A stretch of DNA of 63,031 bases, filler included, from Thraustochytrium aureum (GCA_012862495.1; 7 parts of 3 records of this genome joined end to end with filler, not necessarily neighbours in it); one strand, 5' to 3'. Shown: positions 34,575 through 47,297, numbered from the whole stretch's first letter. The notes: generated by a model from the letters alone, not told the origin. Made by a program: numbers and translations.

Positions 34575-36368
34575 ATGCCCTTCCCTGACACATTTTTGTT
34601 GAGCAAACGCGAAGAAGATGGACAACTCCAACTTGTATATCGATCTGATGTCTTCAACACGTACCATTGGCACGATGATGACGGAAAATGGAGTATCGTT
34701 AACCAGAACGATCAAGCTCTTACTTCTTTGAAGGCAGCGCTTCTGTCGACGGTATACGCAGAATCTCAGAGTCAAACACACAATTACGCGACGAACATTG
34801 ATAGTGCGCTTTCGCTGAAGCTCAATGCGATTCTGACGCCCCCCTTCGGATCAGAAGGTTCGAATCAATTCAAAGCTCTGGTGTACTTTGTTGGGAATAC
34901 ATTGATCCCTCTTAGTGTGTTTTTCGAACGCTTGGGCTACGACAAGAACTAAGCGCTTCAAATTCTGAAAACGAGACTCAACCGTCGACAATGTCAAAAC
35001 ACGAAGCTTTTGAATGACGATTCGGGTCGCACTGTGTGGGGGTGCGTTCAAGCCGCATTTTACAGCTTGGTAATCAAGAAGGAAAGTTGGGCATGGGAAA
35101 TGCAACAACCATGGGCGCTTATGGAAAACGCGAGGATGTTGGGTCTCGACTGGAGATTCAAACCCGTCAATCACGAGGTGGTAGTTACGCGGCCATACTT
35201 CACAATTCCGTTAAGTCTGCCGTCTGACATGAATGATCTTGTGGATGGGAGTTTCATCTGGAGCATTTTGTTGGAGTCATTGAGGGTAGGATCGTGGCAG
35301 AAGCATTGAACCAATATTTGCTTTCATTGCCAACACGTTGCGATTCAAATCGAGGTATTCTTGCAAGCGATTTTGCTGTCGTTCAAACCGCAATTGCATT
35401 CCTCTCAACAGTACCTCGGGCTGGTGATATCCAGTTGAAGTTTCACACTGCCTACATTGTGGCTGCAATGCGTGGAACGTCGGCAGACGTCAGTGGCGAG
35501 AATGTTCAAAACGGCTCTCGCTGGTTCAGTGTCTTTTGCAATACTCTCTTTGGTTTTGAGGGCCATCGAATGGATATCCTGATCCAGAACACTGTTGACG
35601 TGCATGGTGAGGCGTTCTGCGATCAACAAACATGCAATGCGTTTTCAAGAGCGCTACCCAAAACTGCAACGACACTGCAGAAGCTGTACGCTGATGAGAC
35701 ACTCGCCGGGCTTCGATCTGATGTTCGCGCAAATCTTGTCTTTGCACTTCGCAAGCTCCTTCTAAAATCTGACCACGCCATCGCGTTCCCCGCCGTCGTT
35801 AGGGCTTTCGGTGAGCGAATCGGGTTCATGAATTACCTCGTCAATGAAGACCTGCCGTGGACGCCGCCAGCTCTAGCTCGTCCAGGCGTCAGTGTTCAGC
35901 TCGTAGTAAGCATGCTTGGCGACGATATCCTAGCCCTCGACATTCACAAGGCGCGCACGCGAATCGCCACAGTTTTCTTGGTGTTCAAGTGGTTCGGGTG
36001 CGAAAGACCTCTTGCAAACCAGTGCATCGTTGAAGAAAATGCAACACCTGCCCAGAGATTGGCTCGCAACTTGTTGCTCGCGTGGAGAAACACTGAGCAG
36101 GGGGTGCGCGTGCGCAGGACTCCCGATGTGGATGGAGACAAAGAGTTGGAAGCCACAAATGTTGGTGCACTGACAAGGGCAATGGTAGTGGTGTCTGGGC
36201 GAATCGTGGGCATCGCTTCTTTGTCTGCTGGTGTGAAACGGGAAGCGCAATTTTCTCACAAACGGCGCTGGCGCGGAACTGCGTCAGAATGAATTCTACA
36301 CAGAAGGGCGCGACGAGATTCTGGCAGCGGACCCGCAACTCGGCCAGAGACTTTTTCCAGTTCTCTGC
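34575..36368 (+). pseudogene. Long disrupted island gene (in-frame TAA at 34950-34952, frameshift near 35268)
   Basis: ORFs 34575..34952 and 35010..35309 are in frame across a single stop. A T-run shift links to 35294..36292, with a probable further shift to the contig end. Confidence 0.45.
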
Positions 36369-36468
36369 NNNNNNNNNNNNNNNNNNNNNNNNNNNNNNNN
36401 NNNNNNNNNNNNTTAATTAATTAANNNNNNNNNNNNNNNNNNNNNNNNNNNNNNNNNNNNNNNNNNNN

Positions 36469-37283
36469 CTCATCGACAACCCCGAGTGCCTCACCAAGCA
36501 CATCAAACAAAAGGCCAAGCGGGTCCTGCAGGAGCGCCGTTGCCGCGTGCAGCTCCGCTTTTGGGACAAGGTGCGCAAGGCCAAAGGCAAGCTGAGCGTC
36601 GTCAGGGAGGCGGTCGCCGCGATGCTGCACGTGAGCCGCACCTTCCAGAGCACGCAGAAGGGGCTCAAGGCACCCGTGTTCGAAAACGACTTTGTGGACG
36701 CCCTCGCCGCCTACTTGAGTGAGGTCGTCAAGTCGGGACGCAAGTCGCTGGGCAACTTGCTCGAGTGGGACGAGCCGATCCGCAAGCTAGTCTCAGACAA
36801 GCTCGTGGAGCTTCACCTCGGGGCGTACGAGGGGAGGCCCTTTTACCACGTGCACAGGCACTTCGAGGACCTCTTTTCTCCCCAGCCGACATTGAGATGG
36901 GCGTGCTCAGCGCGTGCACTTGCAAGACTTGCACCATCGACTGGAACCTCGATGCAGTGGACCGGACCAACGAGGCGCAGATGCGCCTCCACTGGTCCAA
37001 GCAGAAGGCCTCGATGCTCAAGCAAGTGCTCATGCTGCACCAGAGCTACGGCAAAGACATGTACGCCTACTTTGACGACTCCCTGCCCAAAATGCGCAAC
37101 TGGTCGCGGGAAGACGTTGAAATCGCGCTACGCGCTGCTCACCCACCTGAGGAGTGTGAGATATGCATGATGAACCGCGACGAGGACGGGCTCGAGGCCG
37201 CTTCGCACCGGGTCGTGCAGCCCGCTCTCGAGTCGGTTGCGGCAGCAGTCCCGCCCGCGGAACTGGACCTGCCACTGCCTTGA
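36469..37283 (+). CDS. 3' part of a hypothetical host protein (frameshift near 36883)
   Basis: Host-like codon usage; ORFs 36547..37170 and 36765..37283 are joinable at a C run; CTCKTC and CEIC motifs. Confidence 0.55.
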
Positions 37284-37478
37284 TTTTTGAGCGGGAGCGT
37301 GCTGAAACTTTACAATACGGATCATTCTCGCCCTCCTTTGTCCCACTTTTGTCAACGCAATGCGGTTCAATCGATCAAACCAAAGTTTTTTTACGACCCA
37401 CAGTGACGCGCGGGTTGGAGGCCTGCCTGCCTGCCTCTCGCCCGCGCGTCGTCCTCTACGGATGAGTACAACGAGGCA

Positions 37479-38391
37479 CTACGCTCGCTCCATCCCGAGC
37501 ACTGGGGTGGGACTTAACTGGAGCTCCGAGTCATGGTAGAAGTGTTGGCTGTGCTTGGACCGGATTTTGTGCATCGTGGACGTCATGTGGTCCGCATTGT
37601 GGTGCTCAAACCTTTTCACCCGAACCATGGCCCGCTCGCGAGCAAGCTCGATGACCTCGCGGAGCTCTTCCGCGTCTTCGACAGGAAAGATCAGCTTTGA
37701 TGGGTGGCACAAAAGGACACTGCGCCAGGACACCGCGACGCAAGACTGGTGCTTTGAGCAGCAATCTGCGCCATGGAGCACAAGGCCCTGGCCGTACTTG
37801 TCGCCGCAGGTTGGGCAAAGACTACAGTGCGTAAAGCTGGGCGCGCACCGCTCTGCCTTTGACATTTGGCGGAATTCGTCGCGGTCCAGATAGATGACAC
37901 TGATGCGATCCATCGTGCAGCACCAAAGGGCCACGGGCTTGCTGATCTCCATTTTGTGCTCATACACGGTCACATAGGTTTCCTTGCGCAGCTCCTCGGC
38001 GTTTGCGATCATACACGGGTTGCACGTCAGGCTCCCCAACACGATCTAGCGCGCCGCACGTGTCAGCCAGTCAGCCCAGTCAAGGAGACGACCACAAAGC
38101 CTCACTTCCTATCGGGCCTCACTTCCTATCGGCCAAGGAGACCACCACAAAGCCTCACTTCCTATCGGCCAAGGAAACGACCACAAAGCCTCACTTCCTA
38201 CCGGCCAAACTCACCAGCCAGTTTCGATACTTCTGCGGTGCCTCCGCCGAGTACAGCACGCGTTCCGACAGCCCTTTATCGTGCGTCGCCTTGTGAATCG
38301 GTCTGCCGGGCTTGACAAAGTGAGGGTGTTCGGTGTGGAGCTCCGAGGCCTCCTCCCCCTCCTCGTCCTTGTTCTTCGCGACATGGCCCAT
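37479..38391 (-). CDS. Cys-rich hypothetical protein, two exons (38391-38215, 38045-37479)
   Basis: Phase-0 intron with GTGAGT donor at 38214, CTGAC branch site and TAG acceptor ending at 38046; the spliced frame is open. Confidence 0.75.
38081..38207 (+). repeat. 36-bp intronic minisatellite (~3.5 copies)
   Basis: caaggagacgaccacaaagcctcacttcctatcggc repeated. Confidence 0.9.
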
Positions 38392-39148
38392 CTTCCCCAG
38401 TCGCCCTGCTGCCAGTGCCAGAGCTGCCACCGCCCGCAGCTGCTGCCGCCACTGCCGCCGCCGCCAACTCCGCAACTGCAATTGCACGCGTGCCTGTTGC
38501 GGATGCGCTCCCGAGGGTCAGTCGAGGACAGTTTCAAAGAACACAAGAATTGTGGGAGAAACTGGCCTGGAACGCCCTGGAGGTCGGGAACGGCTTCGTC
38601 GAGGAGAAAGGGAACGCCCTCGTCGAGGAGATNNNNNNNNNNNNNNNNNNNNNNNNNNNNNNNNNNNNNNNNNNNNNNNNNNNNNNNNNNNNNNNNNNNN
38701 NNNNNNNNNNNNNNNNNNNNNNNNNNNNNNNNNNNNNNNNNNNNNNNNNNNNNNNNNNNNNNNNNNNNNNNNNNNNNNNNNNNNNNNNNNNNNNNNNNNN
38801 NNNNNNNNNNNNNNNNNNNNNNNNNNNNNNNNNNNNNNNNNNNNNNNNNNNNNNNNNNNNNNNNNNNNNNNNNNNNNNNNNNNNNNNNNNNNNNNNNNNN
38901 NNNNNNNNNNNNNNNNNNNNNNNNNNNNNNNNNNNNNNNNNNNNNNNNNNNNNNNNNNNNNNNNNNNNNNNNNNNNNNNGGGAAACAGAGCGAACGAGTG
39001 ATTGTCAGGCAGGTTTAATTAGAAAAACAAGGTCCAGCCATTGTGGACGGATGTATTGTGGACGGATGTGGCTGCGCACTTCGCAGTGATTCCCGTCCAG
39101 CGATGGCGCCGACAGCTGGCACATCAGGCCCATGAGCGGGACGAGCCT

Positions 39149-42100
39149 TCATGTGGGTCTTGGGGTGGTAGGCGGTGCGCCGTCGGCCGGTTTGGAAGAG
39201 CGCACTTTAGCATCCACGCGTAGGCCAAGATCGGCGACGAGGCCTGGAGCTACGTGCTCGGCACGCCGTTTGAGCGAGCGACGGAGCTCTGGGGCAGGCA
39301 GCTCAGATCGCTCCAGGATGAGGATTGCATCGCGAAGCGCCTCTGCAGCCTCCTGGTGGGCGTCGTTCTGCAAATGCGCCTGCGCAATCTCAGAGACCGT
39401 CAGCGCAACTTGCGGGTGGTCGTTGCCGTACACCTTGGCATGGATGGCTTGCGCCCTCGCGAGGTAGTGGAGCGCTTTGTCAGCGTTCTCGCTGATGAGG
39501 TGCGCGCGTCCAAGCGAACCGAGCACAGCGGCCACCAACGGATGTGTGTCGCCCAGCGCGCTGAGCGCGACGCTGAGCGCCTCGTCAAGCGCCGCAATAG
39601 CCTCCGTCGCCATCTCCTTTTGAACGTAAATCTCCCCGAGCTGGTAGAGCACGGAGGCGACGTCAGGGTGACGGGGCCCGAGGGTTTCCTTGTAGCGCGC
39701 CAGCACCTCCTTGAAGAGCAGCAGGGCCTCGTCCACCTTGCCAGTGCGCGTGTAGACGAAGGCCATGCCATAGTTGACCGAGTGGACGAGTTGATCGCAG
39801 CCCCCACAGCGCGAGGCCGTGTCCAGCACGCTCGCGAATGTCTCGAGGGCACGAGCGAACTGGCCGCTTTCCGCGTACACACGGCCGATTTCGTACTTTG
39901 TAGTGGCCACTAGAACATGGTCGTTGCCAAACGTGGCCACCTGGCGGTGCAAGACGTCATCAAACATATCGAGCGCCTCGTCGAGCTCACCCCTGAGCAG
40001 CGCGAGGGTGCCCAGCCCGCTCAGTGTGGCGAGCACACTGGGGTGGTTTGGCGAAAGGGTTTTCAACTTTACCTTGTGAGCGTACTTGAAGCGCCGCTGA
40101 GCTGGGCCATAACGGCCCAAGCGCACGAGCACGTTGCCGATCTCGTGGTCAATTGCGGCAATCGAGGGATGGCGTCTGCCAAGCAAACCCTTGACGGCAC
40201 GCCTTGCGTGCTTCAAGTTGGAAAGAGCTTGGTTGTACTCCCCACGGTGTATATGGATGCATGCCAGCTCGTGCGTGGCGATTGCGGCTTCGATCGAAAG
40301 GAGCTTTGACTGCCCCCCCTCCTCGCTGGCAAGGACAGAGACAGTGCCCGTGGGGGAACTCGCATCCGAGGCGATGACGGAGCCCGCCTTGCTGTCACTA
40401 TCCCTGCTGCTGTTGCGCGCCAAGCCAACAGCAAGCCCTTTGGCGCCCACTTGTCCGCTTCCTCGCGTTCGCACATCGTTTATGATGGACTCGTAAGCGG
40501 CCACTGCGCCAGCGAGGTCTCCCTCAATGGCCAGCGCGCTTCCGACCTGGTACGAAAGCGCAGCCTTCACGGCGAACGAATCGGATCTCGCGCCCTGGCA
40601 GGGCAGGCATCGCTCTCGTTGAGAGCGAGACTACTTATCTGGCGCACGCGGCGGAAGAGTGTGCGTGCTTCGGCATGGGAGCCTTGCAAGTCGCGCACGG
40701 TCGCCATGCAATGCAGTGTCGTGGCAACGTTGGGGTGGTTTTGGCCCAAGTGCGCTTCCTCGATCGCAAGGGCCATTTGGTACAGCGCGAGGCTCTCGCT
40801 GTATTTTGCGAGGTGGTATTTCGACGTGGCTAGGCCGTGGAGCAGCGACGCGTTGAAAATGTGCTTGGGCCCAATCGTTTCGTGCACAAGGTCACGCAGC
40901 CGCTCGTAGACCGGGAGCGCATCGCTGTAGGCGCCTTTCTTGAGGAGCACGTCCGCGAGCGCCTCGAGGGTTTGGAAAAGCATCTGGTTGGTCCACTCGA
41001 GGCGCTCGACGCTCGGCTGATGGCTGATGCGCGCCTCGTGCGATCGCAGCGCGCGCGAGAGGTGGGCGACTGCGTCTTCCAGGTTGTGCGTCCGTGCGCT
41101 TATGATGCCGAGCAAGTGTGCAGCCGAGGCGACGACATAGTGGGATTCGCCAAGGCGGGGCGCGAGCACCGCGACAACGTCGTTGAGCTTCTCGATGGCG
41201 CCATGGTGGTCTCCCATAACGAATCGTGCGCAAGCCACGTCATATATCGCCCGGCCGCGCCGCGGATGCGAGTGACCAAGAGACGCTGTGAGAGCCACGA
41301 TAGCGCGGTCCCCCTCGAGAGCGGCACGTTGAAACTCACCAACGTGTGCGAGTGTTTGTGCTCGTTTTACCAGCGCTTCGCCGTACACCGGGTGGTTGTT
41401 GTCAAAGACTTTGCCGAGCACAGCAACTGCCTGCTCGATCTCGGTGCTGGCGCGGTGCTTGTCGCCGAGGGCCAAGAATGCAGAGCTCAGCTTGGCGCGC
41501 GCTTCGGCCGCAAGCGGGTGCTCGGCGCCAACGACGGCATCGAGGATGTCGCAGGCGCCCTGAAAGGTGTCCAAGGCGGCGCGGTAGCGGCCGACTGCCA
41601 TGTTTGCCTCGCCGAGCCCACTCAGCGAACTGGCGACGTCTGGATGAGTGGAGCCGAGCTCTGTGACGCGGAGGTCCTTGGCCTGGCGCAGCAGGGCGAG
41701 CGCCAGGTCGAGCACGCCGCTTTCCATGTAGCACAGAGCAATGTTATGTACGGCCCAGGCGATGTGTACGCGCACCCCGCTCACGTCCGCGTTGCCCGCG
41801 GCCAACTCCGCGGCGGCCCAAGTTGCCGCCTGGGCTGCTGCAGAGGCTGTCCAGCTTTCGTCGTTCTCATCGTCGCTCTCCCCGGTGAACTTTCGCCGAG
41901 AGCCGAGCTCATCCGCGCCGAGCTCAATCCTGCCGCTGGCTGCTGATCTTCCACTGTCCGAGCCAAACCCGCTCGCGGACCCGCTTCGGCTGGAGCACGT
42001 CTTGGACGCCGAATTGGGCGCGCCACGCAATGCGCTCGTCCCACCGAAATGCATGCCTGTTCCAGACCCAGCAACTGAGCCAGACCCAGACCCGAAGCCT

Positions 42101-44182
42101 GCTGCCGAGGCCGAGGCCGAGGCCGAGCCGAGCCAGTTCGAGTTTGAGGCGCTGGTCGAAGCCTGCGAAAAAGACGGGTCCGAAGCTGGGGCACTGGACG
42201 TGGAAACCTCTTTTGCAAGGGCTTGCTCGAACCGGGCAAGGGCCGCCTCGCTGTCACCGCGCCCAAGGTAGGCAAGGCCGAGAACGTTGAGGATGCATGC
42301 GAGGTCGGCCCAACTGCAGGCGCCGATGCGGTACAGCGAGTGGCAGTGCGGGAGCGCTAGCTCGAGGGCCTGTGCGGCCTGCTCGTACTTGGCCAAAGTG
42401 TTGAGTATCGAGCCAAAGCGAAAAAGTGCCATGGTGTGAAGGTTGGAGCCACTCAGCGCAGGCGAGCGGCCCAGAAGCTCCACGACGCTGCGGTAGTGCG
42501 CGAGAGCACCACCGTAGTTCCCCGCCAGCTCTGCCGCGGCACCATCTTTGATACATGAGGACGCTTGCTTGGCCAGGTCGGCGAGAGAAAGCGCGAGATA
42601 TTGCTGCTGCCCGTGCGGAGCCGCTTGCGCTGGAGAAGCACCTGCGTGTAGTGACACGAGCGGCATGGCAGTGTGCTGGGGCTGCTGCGGTACGTAGGTG
42701 AAGGCTGCTCCTAGTTCTTGGTGCGGCTTGGGCTGGTGCTGCGACTCGTAGGCTTTTGCGCGGTCGAGCGACATGACTTGGTCGCTGCCTTCTGCAAAGC
42801 TGTTTTGCGTCCAGGGCGGGACGGGCCGTAAAGAAAGCAGCGGGGCGAAAGCTGCGCCACGGCTGCTGTTGCTATCGCTGCTGCCGCCGCCGTTGCTATT
42901 GCTATTGCTATTGCTGTTGCTNNNNNNNNNNNNNNNNNNNNNNNNNNNNNNNNNNNNNNNNNNNNNNNNNNNNNNNNNNNNNNNNNNNNNNNNNNNNNNN
43001 NNNNNNNNNNNNNNNNNNNNNNNNNNNNNNNNNNNNNNNNNNNNNNNNNNNNNNNNNNNNNNNNNNNNNNNNNNNNNNNNNNNNNNNNNNNGTGGATTGG
43101 TTTGGAAACAACGGCGCCGGTTGGAGTTGTTGGAAAAGGCGACCGCGGGGCGCTTGGCGTGCACAGCTTTGCATCGCCCCCGCGACTTGCGCGATGGCAT
43201 ATTTTGTCGGCCCCGCTCATTGTAAGCTCGCCGCTCCCATCGGTCAGACTCGCGACAGCAGGAGGTGTCGCTGTTCTGTTCTTTGCGATCCACGCGGACA
43301 CGTCTTTCCACAAGAGCTTGAAAAAGAAAGGGCTGTCGACGCGAAAGTTGGCGTTGAGCGTGAGCCAGAGCTTTGGGCCGGATTTGATGAGCGCGACTGC
43401 CTCTTGAAGAAGGGATATGTGTGCCTTAAGTTCATCGAAAGGCAAGCCGTCCCTGGAAGAGAGCATGTCGCGCTGGTCGCCGTTCTTGCGGCGGGCCTCA
43501 GTCTTGTGAGCAATCCACATGCTGATGTGCCGGTCAAGGCCGGCCTCGCCACCAAACGCAAAGGTGACGACTAAGATGAGCAGATTGGCGAGAAACTTGG
43601 CATGGTGGTTGTCTCTGTTGCCACGACGAGGGTACAGGACCTTGAATTTGAGGGCAACCCTCTCGATGTGGTTGAGCAACCTTTCACACTGACTAGCAAA
43701 GAGGGCCTTGTCCTGCTCCGCTGCGTTTTTGAATTCGTCTCGCTTGAGAAAGCCAAGTGACAGGGCGGCCTGCTCTGATTGCGACCCTGCAGAGGCGGTT
43801 TGTGCGCTGGAATTGTGTCGCTGCGGCGCTCCAGATGTGCGCCAACGCCACTTGGCTCTGCGCCAGCGCTACAAGAGTTGGCCGTGACGGCGATGCCAGT
43901 GTGCTCTTCGTCGACGCCTTGCGCTGGCGCTCGATGGGGCGTGTGCACGGGCCTTGATTTCGTCCTGTTGGACGCGGCAGGGTCTCCGCCGGAGCTGTTT
44001 CTGTCTCCAGGACTCAGCTCGCTCGTGCTGCTATGGTCACACCGCTTGACCATGCTCCCGCTCCTCTCGCGGGTGTTGTCGTCTGCCGGTTTGGCATCGG
44101 CTTGGCGGTTGTCGAGATGGGCGGGCGAGTTGGGTCGTCCGGCTCGGCTACTTGAGCCGTCCGAGTCGGTGGGCATCGGCAC
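39149..44182 (-). CDS. Large TPR-repeat protein (kinesin-light-chain/NPHP3-like 42-aa TPRs); 5' extent tentative
   Basis: Repeated LGxxHPxVA motifs (LGSTHPDVASSL, LGQNHPNVATTL, LGPRHPDVASVL, YGNDHPQVA). ORFs 40567..43311 and 39149..40570 are joined by a frameshift. Upstream ORFs 42711..43679 and 43571..44182 probably form the N-terminus. Confidence 0.8.
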
Positions 44183-45299
44183 GCGCCTGCAGTGCCCTCA
44201 GCAGGCCGCGCGTTGTGCCTGCCTCGCAGGGCACGTCTTGCGGCTGGCCGCCAGGCTGCCTGCGACTGGTTGCCGCCGGCACTGCAGGCTGTTCCGGTGC
44301 GCGACGGCCAAGCAGACCAGCGCGCCTTTCTCGACAAATCCGAAACCGCCGCGACGACCGCTGCTGAGGCCGCAGCCTCTCGCAGGCCGAGCACCTGTCG
44401 TCGATAAGGATTCTGAGGGGAGGAAGACGCCGGCCAAAACCTGCCCGCGCGCCGAGCGCCTTGTCNNNNNNNNNNNNNNNNNNNNNNNNNNNNNNNNNNN
44501 NNNNNNNNNNNNNNNNNNNNNNNNNNNNNNNNNNNNNNNNNNNNNNNNNNNNNNNNNNNNNNNNNNNNNNNNNNNNNNNNNNNNNNNNNNNNNNNNNNNN
44601 NNNNNNNNNNNNNNNNNNNNNNNNNNNNNNNNNNNNNNNNNNNNNNNNNNNNNNNNNNNNNNNNNNNNNNNNNNNNNNNNNNNNNNNNNNNNNNNNNNNN
44701 NNNNNNNNNNNNNNNNNNNNNNNNNNNNNNNNNNNNNNNNNNNNNNNNNNNNNNNNNNNNNNNNNNNNNNNNNNNNNNNNNNNNNNNNNNNNNNNNNNNN
44801 NNNNNNNNNNNNNNNNATTGACGGTCAGTGGAGCCTCTCCCATGCTACGGCTACGGAGACTGTGGCGAAGGCCGCCCTCCTCGGCGTATCGTGATACGCC
44901 ATTGCTTTTGGTTTTGGAAGGGGCTTTGGCCGATGCGCTGACGAATTCTTACCCTTGAGGGAACCACCGGCGATTATGGCGACTCCTCGGCTCGCTTGAT
45001 CGATAGGGCCGCGAACTCGAGCTACTACTGGAATTTGGAAACTCGAGCTGCCACCAAAAGCTTTTCCGGCGGAAAATCTGTTCTGAATTCTCAGTTCTGA
45101 AGTCTTGGACCAAACGCCACCACCATGCGACTGTGCAGCTGGCGTCACAAAAGTTGGGTGTCTCCCAAGATAAGCTCCGACGGTCCGTGTGCGGGTCCTC
45201 CTTCGGAGATCGGAAAGAGGAGTCGCGGCGGCCTGCTTCTTGGCGCCGTCTCAAGGTTTATTTTTCCTGCTGAGCGTAGCCTACCTAGAGCAAATCAAC

Positions 45300-45368
45300 C
45301 AAGGAGGATCCTCCTTGCAAGAGTAACAACCCAACCAATTGGAGTATCAATCAAGGAGGATCCTCCTT
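45300..45368. promoter_or_regulatory. Two copies of the palindrome AAGGAGGATCCTCCTT (putative regulatory sites)
   Basis: Perfect 16-bp palindromes at 45301-45316 and 45353-45368; regulatory function is inferred only. Confidence 0.35.
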
Positions 45369-47297
45369 TACGGGCTTCCACCTCGAGAGAGTACCGGTTG
45401 GCCCAGACTCTACGTGCTCGTACTTACTCACCGCAGAGGCTGTTCCGGCTTCGGGGACGTCCTGGCTCCGCACAATCTGGCCATGATCGCGTGTGCTGCG
45501 ACAGATCCCAATGCATGCGGTCGCGAACCCGGACTTGCTTGGCAGCGAGCGCGTCGCGAAGTGGTAAGATGCGTGCACTGGGTGCCGTGCAAAGGACGGC
45601 GCGATGAGCGCTTGATGGTGAACGCCTCGTCCGCGACGCGGACGTGCCAGCGCTCGCCGCGGGCCTTCTTCACGCGAGGCGCTTGATCTTGGCGTTGGAC
45701 GTGGTCGAGGAGGGAGGTCGCCGGCCCCCAACACGACGAGCCTGGGCTTGTTCCGGCCAGGCAGGACAGCGATGGTGTCCTGAGGCCTTTCGCGCCCAAG
45801 GCGATCTTGGACTCTATCTGGACCAAGAAAAGGCGAAAGAATCAAAGCTGCCCGACCTCTAGAGTCAGGCAGCACCAACAGGGACGTCTCGCTGCGCCAC
45901 GAAGGCGGCTTGATCACTTGCGGTGCGATCGAAGCACTTGATGCGGATCGAAGCAGACCATGCTTCATGAACATGGACCGAACAAAACGAGCAAACTGGT
46001 TAGGGAACAAAACGAGCAAATTGGTACCGAGAGTACTCCGGGGATACTTTTCCATACATAAATCCAAATTAGACTAGTACTTCCGCTACACTAAAACATC
46101 CGATGCAGCGGTACCCTACCCCAGCCGCAGAACTGGGCGCGTGGCAACGTGGCGCGCGACCGAAATGACCCATGACTGACGGAGAAGCGAAACGAGCGCC
46201 CTCGCGCCAACTTGAAGCTGAAAAAAATGTGCACGGGTTGCTGTCACCACCAATGGCGTTCGTTCGCTCTTGGGAATCTACTCGGAAGTAGTCGTTGCCA
46301 ACGCGGTGATCTGCATCCAGCCAGCATCCAGGGGAGCCACGCAGCTGGGTGTTGTTGGTGGCGCACGCCCACTCGATGATGTAGCGCCACCTTCGGCCTC
46401 GCATTCGCGATGCGAGCGAGGCACCTGGCGGCCTGTGGGCGCGAAGACGCGCGTGAAATCGGAAATAGAGCGCGCTCGCCGATGGCATGNNNNNNNNNNN
46501 NNNNNNNNNNNNNNNNNNNNNNNNNNNNNNNNNNNNNNNNNNNNNNNNNNNNNNNNNNNNNNNNNNNNNNNNNNNNNNNNNNNNNNNNNNNNNNNNNNNN
46601 NNNNNNNNNNNNNNNNNNNNNNNNNNNNNNNNNNNNNNNNNNNNNNNNNNNNNNNNNNNNNNNNNNNNNNNNNNNNNNNNNNNNNNNNNNNNNNNNNNNN
46701 NNNNNNNNNNNNNNNNNNNNNNNNNNNNNNNNNNNNNNNNNNNNNNNNNNNNNNNNNNNNNNNNNNNNNNNNNNNNNNNNNNNNNNNNNNNNNNNNNNNN
46801 NNNNNNNNNNNNNNNNNNNNNNNNNNNNNNNNNNNNNNNNNNNNNNNNNNNNNNNNNNNNNNNNNNNNNNNNNNNNNNNNNNNNNNNNNNNNNNNNNNNN
46901 NNNNNNNNNNNNNNNNNNNNNNNNNNNNNNNNNNNNNNNNNNNNNNNNNNNNNNNNNNNNNNNNNNNNNNNNNNNNNNNNNNNNNNNNNNNNNNNNNNNN
47001 NNNNNNNNNNNNNNNNNNNNNNNNNNNNNNNNNNNNNNNNNNTCAGGTTTTGTAGGTTTCGTCGCCCCTTTGGCAAGCGCTCGCACGCCATCCTCTCGGC
47101 TCTGAAAAGCCCAAGGCCACCATGCCCATGCCGACTGCGCGGAGCAGAACCTGTTGAGCAGACCCCAAACGCCAAAGGACAAAGCCGCAAAGCAAGACAG
47201 ACAGCACCAAGGAGGCTGGCCTGGCAGCCACGCTTGGACAGAAGCAGACCCGCCGACCCCAAGAACAGCAGCAGCTCAACGCAGCAGCAAAGTCGCG

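Larger units (their letters stand above)
27185..36368 (+). mobile_element. Lower-GC island of co-oriented compact ORFs preceded by a repeat array; candidate endogenous viral element or large mobile element
   Basis: Spot counts give ~47-55% GC versus ~75% in a host line. The plausible genes are all on +, with no evident introns and tiny or overlapping spacers. No hallmark viral gene seen. Confidence 0.55.

Noticed and set aside
28485..36368. Assignment of the island to a specific virus group (NCLDV, mirusvirus, Polinton-like)
   Set aside because: No capsid, polymerase, packaging ATPase or integrase motif is recognisable in the visible sequence.
45300..45368. Mini-CRISPR (palindrome, 36-bp spacer, palindrome)
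   Set aside because: Only two 16-bp copies, no cas genes and a eukaryotic context; kept as a possible regulatory motif.
44817..46489. ORFs such as 45351..46067
   Set aside because: No motifs or convincing codon bias; treated as intergenic.
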